Origin: an uncultured Burkholderiales bacterium
GTDB lineage: Bacteria > Actinomycetota > Acidimicrobiia > IMCC26256 > JAMXLJ01
Direction of reading: 5' to 3'
Assembly (NCBI GenBank): GCA_964548555.1
Contig: CAZJSY010000002.1
Coordinates: forward strand, 43,568-107,567
Length of the DNA stretch: 64,000 nt
In this document: positions 10,645 through 18,523 of the stretch, one piece after another
Layout: every line of letters starts with the position of its first letter
How positions within the stretch are numbered: position 1 is the first letter of the stretch
Made by a program: the position numbers and the translations under genes
The notes under the pieces: model-generated
Told to the model about the DNA's origin: nothing
What the model saw: the letters and a program-made list of their open reading frames with translations, nothing else
Database searches by the model: none

Positions 10645-11466
10645 ATGCTGCCCGTGCCAGCCAACCTCCGAGCCGGTGCGGCTGCGCTCGCCCTCCTTCT
10701 GGCGGCGGCCGCGCCGGTCGTGCTCGACGACAGCCAGTCCGCGCACGCCGACATCGCGATCCAACCGAACGCGGTCGCGCCCGGCCGCGCGGTGCCGTTC
10801 ACGCTGCAGGTGATGAACGACCGCCCCTCGGACGCGACGACGAGGGTGGAGCTGTCGTTCCCCGACACCCCTGCGATCCCGTGGGTAGACGTCGTTCCGG
10901 TACCGCAGTGGAGCGTGCGGATCGAACGGCGCACGCTCGACCATCCACTGGACACGCCCGACGGCACCGCCAATGTCGCGGTGGCGAAGATCGTGTGGAC
11001 GGGTGGACCGCTCACCGGCGGAGCATTCGAGCGATTCACGGTCAGGCTCGATCCGTTGACCGCCGGAGCTGACCGCGTGGTGTTCAAGGCGCGTCAGGTC
11101 TACAAGTCCGGCACCGTCGTGCGGTGGGAGGACGACCCGAACACGTCGACTCCTCGCCACCCGTCCCCCGTACTCGTCGTGAGCCGCTACGCGGCGAGTC
11201 GCCCCGCCGGCGCGGCCGACCCGGTCGACACGCCGTTCAGCCTGAGCGAGAAGCAGGCGATCGACCAACGCGTCCAGTCGCTCGTGCGGCGTGGTCTCGT
11301 CGCCACCCCCGACGACATCCAGTCGGGCCGGTGGATCGCGCTGGTCGCGTTGCTCGTCGCGGTGGCCGGACTCGTCTTCGGCGTCCTCGCGTTCCTGAAC
11401 ACCCGGCGCCGTCCCGACACGCCCGGAGCTACGACCGCCGACGACGGCTCACCACATGCGACGTGA
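10645..11466 (+). CDS. YcnI/DUF1775-family membrane-anchored protein
   Basis: Signal peptide, VPVPQW, IVWTGG, F..F, FKA.Q.Y..G.VVRW, P.P pattern, C-terminal TM. Confidence 0.8.
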   Translation: MLPVPANLRAGAAALALLLAAAAPVVLDDSQSAHADIAIQPNAVAPGRAVPFTLQVMNDRPSDATTRVELSFPDTPAIPWVDVVPVPQWSVRIERRTLDHPLDTPDGTANVAVAKIVWTGGPLTGGAFERFTVRLDPLTAGADRVVFKARQVYKSGTVVRWEDDPNTSTPRHPSPVLVVSRYAASRPAGAADPVDTPFSLSEKQAIDQRVQSLVRRGLVATPDDIQSGRWIALVALLVAVAGLVFGVLAFLNTRRRPDTPGATTADDGSPHAT

Positions 11467-11508
11467 CGTCCCAACGACAGGTCGGCCGGTCCGTGCGAGC
11501 ATTTCGGA

Positions 11509-12291
11509 GTGAGCGTCGACCCGCTCGAGCCCTTCACGCGTCTCGTGTGCTCTCCGGAGCAGGACCTGCCTCTCGACGAGGCCGCGCTGCTCGTCGCGAC
11601 GTGCGTCCGCCCGGTCGACGTCGACGAAGGACTCGTGCGACTCGACGACCTCGCGAGCGCCTGCCGCGGCCGCGATGCGGCGGGTGTGAGCGCGTACCTG
11701 TTCGTCGAGCTGGGTTTCGCCGGGGACACGGCCGACTACGGCGACCCGCGCAACTCCTTCCTCGACGACGTGATCACGCGCCGCCGCGGTATCCCCATCA
11801 CGTTGAGCGTGCTAATGATGGAGGTCGCGCGGCGGATCGGCGTGCAGGTTCTCGGGGTCGGCATGCCGGGGCACTTCCTCGTGCGTGACGCGCAGCGCCC
11901 GGACGCATTCTTTGACCCGTTCTACCGAGGCGTGCAACTCGACGCCGCCGGAGCCGAGGAGCGGTTCCACGCCGTTCGCGGGGACGAGCGGTTCCGGAGC
12001 GAGTTCCTCGAGCCTGTCGGGCCACGGGCGATCCTCTCGCGGATGCTGGCCAACTTGCAGCAGTCCTTCCTGTCGCGACAGACATCCGCGGTGGTCACCG
12101 TGGCGCGCATGCGTCTCGCGATCCCTGGCCTTCCCGCTACAGAGCGCCATCAGCTCGCGATGCTGTTGGGCTCGCTCGGTCACTACAACGAGGCAGCCGT
12201 ACTGCTCGAGCGCCTCGCGGCCGACCTCGGTGACACCGAAGCCGCACGCGTCCGGCAGCAGATGATCGCGTTCCGCGCCCGTGGCAACTGA
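11509..12291 (+). CDS. SirB1/transglutaminase-like (Transglut_core2) protein
   Basis: FAG...DY.DPRNSFL..V..RRRGIPITLS, GMPGHFL, DPF, RMLANL. Confidence 0.85.
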   Translation: MSVDPLEPFTRLVCSPEQDLPLDEAALLVATCVRPVDVDEGLVRLDDLASACRGRDAAGVSAYLFVELGFAGDTADYGDPRNSFLDDVITRRRGIPITLSVLMMEVARRIGVQVLGVGMPGHFLVRDAQRPDAFFDPFYRGVQLDAAGAEERFHAVRGDERFRSEFLEPVGPRAILSRMLANLQQSFLSRQTSAVVTVARMRLAIPGLPATERHQLAMLLGSLGHYNEAAVLLERLAADLGDTEAARVRQQMIAFRARGN

Positions 12292-12928
12292 CCCCGTACG
12301 AGAGCTTCCGATGTTCCCCCTTGGCACTGTGCTGTTCCCGCACGCGGCCCTGCCGTTGCACGTGTTCGAGCCGCGGTACCGCGCGCTGGTCCAGCAGTGC
12401 ATGTCGGGCGTGCCCGAATTCGGCGTCGTCCTCATCGAGCGTGGTTCGGAGGTCGGTGGTGGCGACACGCGCTTTCACGTCGGGACGCTCACTGAGATCG
12501 TGCAGGCGGCGGAGCTCGCCGACGGGCGCTATGTGCTCGTGACCGCGGGCCGCCACCGCGTCCGGGTCGTCGAATGGCTCGACGACGATCCGTATCCCCG
12601 CGCACTCGTGCAGCGAGCGGTGGACACCTTCGGGGTCGTACCCGACGACGCCGATGCCGCGGGATTGCGCGACGCCCTGCACCGCGAGCTCGTGCGCGTG
12701 CTCGCGCTGCGGGCCGAGCTCGGATCACCGATAGGTCAACTCGGCGATCTGACGCTGGACGCGGATCCGGTTCGAGCGTCGTTCCAAGCCGCGGGCGCGG
12801 CCGCGCTCAACCCGCTCGACGCGCAGCGGCTGCTCGAGCTCGACGATGCCAGGGAGCGTCTCGAGCAACTGCATCGAATCCTCGCCGACGAGGCCGATGT
12901 GCTCCGGCACCGACTCTCGGGCGCCTGA
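12281..12928 (+). CDS. Stand-alone Lon substrate-binding (N) domain protein
   Basis: LPMFPL..VLFP...LPLHVFEPRY, FGVVLI..G.EVGG. Confidence 0.88.
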   Translation: MATDPVRELPMFPLGTVLFPHAALPLHVFEPRYRALVQQCMSGVPEFGVVLIERGSEVGGGDTRFHVGTLTEIVQAAELADGRYVLVTAGRHRVRVVEWLDDDPYPRALVQRAVDTFGVVPDDADAAGLRDALHRELVRVLALRAELGSPIGQLGDLTLDADPVRASFQAAGAAALNPLDAQRLLELDDARERLEQLHRILADEADVLRHRLSGA

Positions 12929-12980
12929 GCGCCGACCGCGCCAAGCGTGAGCGATCGGCGGGCGGGGGTAGCCTGCCCCC

Positions 12981-13340
12981 GTGGATCTCGATGAAGCGCG
13001 TCAACGGTTGGAGTCGGAGAAGTCACGCGTGATCGGGCTGATCTCCGAGGTGAAGGGGGAGCTCGGCCCCGGCAGCGAGGCCGACGAGCTGTCGGAGCTG
13101 TCGAACTACGACCAGCACCCGGCCGACGTCGGGAGCGAGACGTTCGAGCGCGAGAAGGACCTGTCGATCCTCGACTCCCTCGAGTCGGAGCTCTCCGAGC
13201 TCGAAGCCGCGTTGCAACGCATCGACGACGGTACCTACGGGATCGACGAGGTGACCGGTGAACCCATCGCGCCGGAGAGGCTCGAAGCCGTCCCGACCGC
13301 GCGCACCAACATCGACACCGAGCGACGGCGCGAGGCATGA
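12981..13340 (+). CDS. DksA/TraR (YteA-like) family protein lacking Zn cysteines
   Basis: YDQHPAD.GSETFERE, AL.RI.DGTYG...GEPI..ERLEA.P.A. Confidence 0.85.
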   Translation: MDLDEARQRLESEKSRVIGLISEVKGELGPGSEADELSELSNYDQHPADVGSETFEREKDLSILDSLESELSELEAALQRIDDGTYGIDEVTGEPIAPERLEAVPTARTNIDTERRREA

Positions 13341-14191
13341 GCTCGCAGTTCCAGCTCGACCAGCTCGGCACCTGGTCGGAGGAGAAGGAGTTCGCGGTCG
13401 ACGAGGAGCGTGTGCGCGCGTACGTCGCCGCGACCAACGACCCGGTTCCTGCGCACCAGTCAGGCTCGCTTGCCCCACCGGTGTTCGCCATCGTTCCCGT
13501 GTGGGACACGCTGCTCGAGACGGTCGTGCGCGTCGCGTCTCCCGAGCTCGCGTTGCTGGCCGTTCACGGTGAGCAGGACATGCGGTTCCACCGGCCCATC
13601 GTTCCGGGCATGACGCTGCGCTCGCGTGGCGCGCCGCTCGGTGTGCACGTGAAGCCGTCCGGTACCACCGTGGTCTCGCGACTCGAGACGCACGACGATT
13701 CGGGCGATCTCGTGAACGAGCAGTACTGCGTCACGTTCTTCCGCGGGGTCACCGGAGGTGACAGCCGCGGCGAGGAGGCTCCCGACCACCGGCTGCCGGC
13801 TTCCCTTCCCGAGGCGCCGGCGGCGAGCGCCACACAACACTTCGACGACGATCAGACGTTCCGCTACTCGAAGGCGTCGGGCGACCTGATGCCCATCCAC
13901 CTCGATGCAGAGGTGGCGCGTTCCGTCGGACTGCCCGGCATCATCATCCACGGGCTCTGCACGATGGCGTTCACGAGCTGGGCCGCCGTCGAGCATCTCG
14001 CCGCCGGCGACCCGCAGCGCCTTCGCCGTCTCGCGGTCCGCTTCTCGAAGCCGGTCCTGCCGGGCGACGACGTCACGACGCGCTTCTGGAGTATCGGGGC
14101 TCGCGACGGTGTCGAGACCGTCGCGTTCGAGACTGTCAACCCGGCGGGCGACGCGGTGATCAAGGACGGGCTCGTGGAGGTCACCTCCTGA
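13337..14191 (+). CDS. Double-hotdog MaoC-like enoyl-CoA hydratase
   Basis: VHGEQ; YS.ASGD.MPIH.D...GLPGIIIHGLCT. Confidence 0.88.
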   Translation: MSSQFQLDQLGTWSEEKEFAVDEERVRAYVAATNDPVPAHQSGSLAPPVFAIVPVWDTLLETVVRVASPELALLAVHGEQDMRFHRPIVPGMTLRSRGAPLGVHVKPSGTTVVSRLETHDDSGDLVNEQYCVTFFRGVTGGDSRGEEAPDHRLPASLPEAPAASATQHFDDDQTFRYSKASGDLMPIHLDAEVARSVGLPGIIIHGLCTMAFTSWAAVEHLAAGDPQRLRRLAVRFSKPVLPGDDVTTRFWSIGARDGVETVAFETVNPAGDAVIKDGLVEVTS

Positions 14192-14196
14192 ACGTC

Positions 14197-14445
14197 GTGC
14201 TGCGGATGTTCGCCCGGGCGCGTGAGGCCGCCGGCACGGGAGCCGACACCTTCGACGCCGTGACGGTCGGTGATCTCCTCGCCCAGGCCGTCGAGCGCTA
14301 CGGCGCCGCCTTCGGCGAGGTGCTGGCGAGCTCGAGGGTGTGGATCAACGGCGAGGAGCCCGTCGCGGGCGACACGACCGACCTGCGGGACGGCGACGAG
14401 GTCGCCGTGCTGCCGCCCGTGAGCGGCGGCGCCGGGAGCCGGTGA
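14197..14445 (+). CDS. MoaD/ThiS ubiquitin-like sulfur carrier
   Basis: FARARE.AG, L.DGDEVAVLPPVSGG followed by AGSR. Confidence 0.85.
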   Translation: MLRMFARAREAAGTGADTFDAVTVGDLLAQAVERYGAAFGEVLASSRVWINGEEPVAGDTTDLRDGDEVAVLPPVSGGAGSR

Positions 14446-14460
14446 CGGTCGGGACCACCG

Positions 14461-15000
14461 TTGCGCACGGGGTACCCTGAACGGCTCGTGGACCAGCAGC
14501 GCCGCCGAATCGACCGCATTCTCGACCCCGCCTACCTGGGCGACCTCGCCTCGCGCCCCACCGAGGAGCTCCAGAGCATGCACGACGAGTGCGTCGAGGT
14601 GGAGACGGAGGTCTCCTACGTGAGGCGCCTCGCGCAGGCCCGGGTCGACATCCTCGTCGCCGAGCTCGACCGCCGGGCCGCCGGAGGTTCGCTCGGGTCG
14701 CTCATCGATGCGCTGCCGCAAATCCTCGCCGATACGGGCGCCCGTGGTGGCCCCGGCACGGTGCGCATGCCGCAGCAGATGGCGCCGTCCATGGACGTCG
14801 AATGGACGCGGGGTCTCGAGCCGCTCGTCACCGACGCGACGCTCGCGAACCTTCCGACGCTCGGCGACGACGAGGTCCGCGACACGCTCGAGCGGCTGCG
14901 GTCACTCGAGTCCGAGGTTTCGACGACGCGACGCTCGTTGCATCGCGTCATCGACGCGCTCGACCGGGAGCTCGCCTCGCGGCTGCGCGTCGGACCGTAA
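14461..15000 (+). CDS. rsiG: RsiG/AmfC-family c-di-GMP-binding anti-sigma factor
   Basis: ETEVSYVRRLAQARVD matches E-x3-S-x2-R-x3-Q-x3-D; second copy ESEVSTTRRSLHRVID. Confidence 0.8.
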   Translation: MRTGYPERLVDQQRRRIDRILDPAYLGDLASRPTEELQSMHDECVEVETEVSYVRRLAQARVDILVAELDRRAAGGSLGSLIDALPQILADTGARGGPGTVRMPQQMAPSMDVEWTRGLEPLVTDATLANLPTLGDDEVRDTLERLRSLESEVSTTRRSLHRVIDALDRELASRLRVGP

Positions 15001-15009
15001 GCGCCCGAC

Positions 15010-15399
15010 ATGCCGGGACCCGATGTCCTCGAGGCCCGACTTCGTGACCTCGGCAGCTTCATCAGGGACCAGCGCCGTCGCGACCGCCTGTCGCTGCGCA
15101 AGCTGAGCGAGCTCGCCGGCATCTCGAATCCCTACCTCAGCCAGATCGAGCGGGGACTTCGCAAGCCCAGCGCGGAGATTCTGCAGGCCATCGCACGCGC
15201 GCTGCGCATCTCGGCGGAGACCCTCTACGTGCGGGCCGGCATCCTCGACGAGCGCTCCGACACGCCCGATCTGCTCGCCGAGATCCGACGCGATCCCAGC
15301 ATCACCGAGCGTCAGAAGCAGGCGCTGGTGGAGATCTACCGGTCCTTCCAACGCGAGACGGCCGACCAGACGGGGAGCGTTCCGGCCGAGGAGGGATGA
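15010..15399 (+). CDS. XRE-family HTH regulator (Rv0474-like)
   Basis: LG.FIR.QR....SLR.LS..AGISNPYLSQIERGLRKPSA. Confidence 0.88.
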   Translation: MPGPDVLEARLRDLGSFIRDQRRRDRLSLRKLSELAGISNPYLSQIERGLRKPSAEILQAIARALRISAETLYVRAGILDERSDTPDLLAEIRRDPSITERQKQALVEIYRSFQRETADQTGSVPAEEG

Positions 15400-15429
15400 G
15401 ATTCGGCCCTTCTGGCTACGATCCGACGG

Positions 15430-16665
15430 ATGGGGGTTCGCCGTCTCGCGATTCTGAGCGTCCACACCTCGCCGCTCGCCCAGCCCGGTTCGGGTGACGG
15501 CGGCGGTCTCAACGTCTACGTGCGTGCGCTCGCGTCGTCACTCGCCCGCGCCGGCGTGGAGTGCGACGTCTACACCAGGGCACAACGTCGAGGCGCACCC
15601 CGCGTGGTCGATGTCGAGCCGGGGTTCCGTGTTGTGCACCTGCCGGTCGGGCCGCCCGCGCCGGTGTCGAAGGACGACCTGGTCGATCTCGTCGACGACC
15701 TGGCCGACGCGACGCTCGACCACATCACGCACACCGACGCGTCGTACGACTCCCTGCACGCGAACTACTGGATCTCCGGTGCGGTCGGCCATCGCCTGAA
15801 GCACGATCTCGACCTGCCGCTCGCAGTCACGTTCCACACGCTCGCGAAGGTCAAGGCCGAAGCGGGCGTCGACGACGACGCGCCGATCCGTCTCGAGGTC
15901 GAGTCGCAGGTCATCGACTGCAGCGACCTCGTGTGCGCGTCCACCGACGAGGAACGCGCGCAGCTCGTCCAGCTGTACGGCGCGCAGGGCGACCGCGTCG
16001 AGATCGTCCCGCCCGGCGTCGACCATGAGCTCTTCTCGCCGGGCGGCCCGGACGACCGGGCTCGGGCACGCGCCTCGTTGCACGTCGGCGGGAGCCCTGT
16101 GCTGTTGTTCGTGGGCCGTATCCAGCCGCTGAAGGGCGCCGATGTCGCGGTGCGATGCCTCGCGGAGCTCGAGCACCGCGACGCGACGTTGCTCGTCGTC
16201 GGCGGTCCGAGCGGAGGTGGAGGAGACGCGGAGCTGCAGCGTCTCCATGACCTTGCGCGGGAGCTGCGCGTGCACGATCGGGTCCGGTTCGTCGCGCCGC
16301 AACCGCACGAGCGGCTCCAGACGTTCTACCGAGCCGCCGACGCGTGCATCGTGCCTTCGCGTAGCGAATCGTTCGGGCTCGTGGCGCTGGAAGCGGCCGC
16401 GTGCGGAACGCCGGTCGTCGCGGCGGCGGTGGGCGGCTTGAAGTCGCTCGTCGACCACCGGCGGACGGGCTTCCTCGTCGGGTCGCGGGAGCCGGTCGCG
16501 TTCGCGAGAGCGGTCGACGCGCTGCTGCGCGACCCCGATCGCGCGATGCAGATGGGTGTCGACGCGCATGCCGGCTCGCGGCGGTACTCGTGGAGCATCA
16601 CCGCCGGACGGTTGCGCAGGCTCTACGCCGATCTCGCGGCGGGTGAGCTCGTGAAGTGCGCATGA
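15430..16665 (+). CDS. mshA: D-inositol-3-phosphate glycosyltransferase (mycothiol)
   Basis: HTSPL.QPG.GD.GGLNVY, HANYW.SG, VGRIQPLK, SESFGLVALEA; followed by ybjN-like gene. Confidence 0.88.
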   Translation: MGVRRLAILSVHTSPLAQPGSGDGGGLNVYVRALASSLARAGVECDVYTRAQRRGAPRVVDVEPGFRVVHLPVGPPAPVSKDDLVDLVDDLADATLDHITHTDASYDSLHANYWISGAVGHRLKHDLDLPLAVTFHTLAKVKAEAGVDDDAPIRLEVESQVIDCSDLVCASTDEERAQLVQLYGAQGDRVEIVPPGVDHELFSPGGPDDRARARASLHVGGSPVLLFVGRIQPLKGADVAVRCLAELEHRDATLLVVGGPSGGGGDAELQRLHDLARELRVHDRVRFVAPQPHERLQTFYRAADACIVPSRSESFGLVALEAAACGTPVVAAAVGGLKSLVDHRRTGFLVGSREPVAFARAVDALLRDPDRAMQMGVDAHAGSRRYSWSITAGRLRRLYADLAAGELVKCA

Positions 16666-17135
16666 CGACCGACGGGCGCTCCGGCGACGAGCTCCCCGAC
16701 CTCGACGGCGCCCGCTCGCTGATCGCCGCGCACCTCGAAGGGACCGTCGTCAACGAGCCCTGGGTGCAGCATGTCGAGTACGACCCCGAGCTGCAGCGGT
16801 GGTACGTGCGCTTCGGCTGCGACGGACGGGACGCGGCGACGATCTACTTCGATCTTCATCAGCGGACGCTGCAGTACGAGCTGTACTTCATGCCCGACCC
16901 ACCGCGGAACCAGCTCGAGCTGTATCGCTGGTTGCTGCGCCGCAACCACGGCATGTACGGCGCGAGGTTCTCGCTCGGGCCCGACGGCGACGTCTACCTC
17001 GTCGGCCGGGTGCCGCTCGAGCACCTCAGCGAGACCGAGCTCGACCGGATCATCGGCGTGCTCTACGAGCTCGTCGAGCAGTGGTTCCAGCCCGCGATCC
17101 GCATCGGGTTCGCGCGGTCCGAGCCGGCCTTCTGA
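16662..17135 (+). CDS. YbjN-domain protein
   Basis: YFMP.P..N...LYRWLLRRN..MYG..F.L...GDVYL.G; usual mshA neighbour. Confidence 0.8.
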   Translation: MTTDGRSGDELPDLDGARSLIAAHLEGTVVNEPWVQHVEYDPELQRWYVRFGCDGRDAATIYFDLHQRTLQYELYFMPDPPRNQLELYRWLLRRNHGMYGARFSLGPDGDVYLVGRVPLEHLSETELDRIIGVLYELVEQWFQPAIRIGFARSEPAF

Positions 17136-17150
17136 GCTCGCTCGTGCACG

Positions 17151-17180
17151 TGCGTTGCGTTGCGTTACGTTGCGTTGCGT
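17151..17180. repeat. Tandem pentamer array (TGCGT)x6, one copy TACGT
   Basis: tgcgt tgcgt tgcgt tacgt tgcgt tgcgt read directly. Confidence 0.9.
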
Positions 17181-17210
17181 GTGGATGCGTCGCACTGCTA
17201 GGGTGACATC

Positions 17211-17320
17211 CGACGCCGCCGACGGGCGGGGTCATCGGGCCCGAGGTGCAGGAGCGGCCCGCCGTTCGGGGAAGTGCGGCGGGGTGCGATCGTTCCTCGG
17301 GCCCACCTCGTCTTCGTTTC
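17211..17320 (+). ncRNA. Candidate structured small RNA
   Basis: TAGGGT -10 at 17199-17204; nested stems 17237-17246/17295-17304 and 17258-17264/17277-17283; pyrimidine tail. Confidence 0.45.
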
Positions 17321-17399
17321 CTCGCCGGCGCCGGCGCCGGCGCCCGCAGCGCGCCCTGAGTCCGTCGCAGTCGCGCCCGTCGCCGTTAGCCTCCCCGGC

Positions 17400-18209
17400 A
17401 TGACGCGTACCGCGCTCCTCGGCGGCGGACGCATGGGCGAGGCGCTGCTCGGTGGGCTGATCGACGCCGGCTTCGACCCCGACACCCTCGCGGTCGCCGA
17501 CGTCGATCCCGAGCGCCGCCGCGTCCTCGAAGACCGGTTTCCCGGGGTCCGTGTGGTCCCGACGCCCGCGTGGGCGGTCGCCGACGCCGACGTGGTCGTC
17601 GTCGCGGTGAAGCCCGGCGACGTGCCCGGAGTGCTCGCGTCGTCACTGACGAGCCTGCGTGACGACGCCTTGGTCGTGTCGATCGCGGCCGGCGTGACCC
17701 TGAGCGACCTCGAGGCGGCCGTGCCCCGGCACCCCGTGGTGCGGGCCATGCCGAACACGCCGGCGCTCGTCAGGCGGGGCGCGGCCGCCATCGCGGCCGG
17801 TTCCATGGCCACCGACGTCCATCTCGCGACCGCCGAGCGCCTGCTCGGCGCGGTGGGGGTCGTGGTGCGTGTCCCGGAGTCGCTCCTGGATGCGGTGACC
17901 GGCCTGTCCGGGTCGGGCCCGGCCTACGTGTTCCTCTTCGCCGAGGCGTTGATCGAGGCCGGGGTGCTCGTGGGCCTGCCTCGCCATACCGCCACGACGC
18001 TCGCCGTCGAGACCCTCCTCGGCTCCGCCACGCTGCTGGCCGAGGGCTCGGAGTCGGCGGAGGCGTTGCGCGCCGCGGTCACGTCGCCCGGTGGCACGAC
18101 CGCGGCGGGACTGCTCGCCCTCGAACGGCACGGCTTCCGGGCCGCGCTTCTCGACGCGGTGGCGGAGGCGGCGCGCCGTTCCGCCGAGCTCGGCCGGCCG
18201 GCATCCTGA
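17400..18209 (+). CDS. proC: Pyrroline-5-carboxylate reductase
   Basis: GGGRMG, AVKP, RAMPNTP, TGLSGSGPAY, VTSPGGTT. Confidence 0.95.
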   Translation: MTRTALLGGGRMGEALLGGLIDAGFDPDTLAVADVDPERRRVLEDRFPGVRVVPTPAWAVADADVVVVAVKPGDVPGVLASSLTSLRDDALVVSIAAGVTLSDLEAAVPRHPVVRAMPNTPALVRRGAAAIAAGSMATDVHLATAERLLGAVGVVVRVPESLLDAVTGLSGSGPAYVFLFAEALIEAGVLVGLPRHTATTLAVETLLGSATLLAEGSESAEALRAAVTSPGGTTAAGLLALERHGFRAALLDAVAEAARRSAELGRPAS

Positions 18210-18312
18210 CCCCGACGCAACCCCAGGTCACAGCAACAACACCGCACACGCTGGACACCACAGGCATCGAGGCGTACCCTCGTCACGGCGGACGGAGATG
18301 TGGGGTGACCGC

Positions 18313-18507
18313 GTGAGCCAGTCGTTTTCCAAAGCACGCTTCCTGACCGTGCAAGAGGTCGCCGACCTGATGCGCGTGTCCTCGATGACCGTGTACCGCC
18401 TCATCAAGGCGGGTGAGCTGCCCGCAGTACGCGTCGGCCGGTCCTTCCGCGTCCGCGACGAGGACGTCGACCGCTACCTGGGCTCGCGTTACACCGAAGC
18501 CGGTTGA
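18313..18507 (+). CDS. Excisionase/BldC-like HTH_17 DNA-binding protein (Rv0500A-like)
   Basis: FLTVQEVADLMRVSSMTVYRLI..GELPAVRVGRSFRV; alternative start 18298. Confidence 0.88.
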   Translation: MSQSFSKARFLTVQEVADLMRVSSMTVYRLIKAGELPAVRVGRSFRVRDEDVDRYLGSRYTEAG

Positions 18508-18523
18508 CGCTCTCGCGTCACGC

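Noticed and set aside
17151-17180. CRISPR or contingency-locus reading of the repeat
   Set aside because: 5-nt units without spacers or cas genes; kept only as a possible binding array
18313-18507. Prophage excisionase
   Set aside because: No integrase or att site; position after proC is typical chromosomal context
18508-18523. bS22 small ribosomal protein gene often found after this HTH
   Set aside because: No Lys/Arg-rich ORF; the gap is only 16 nt
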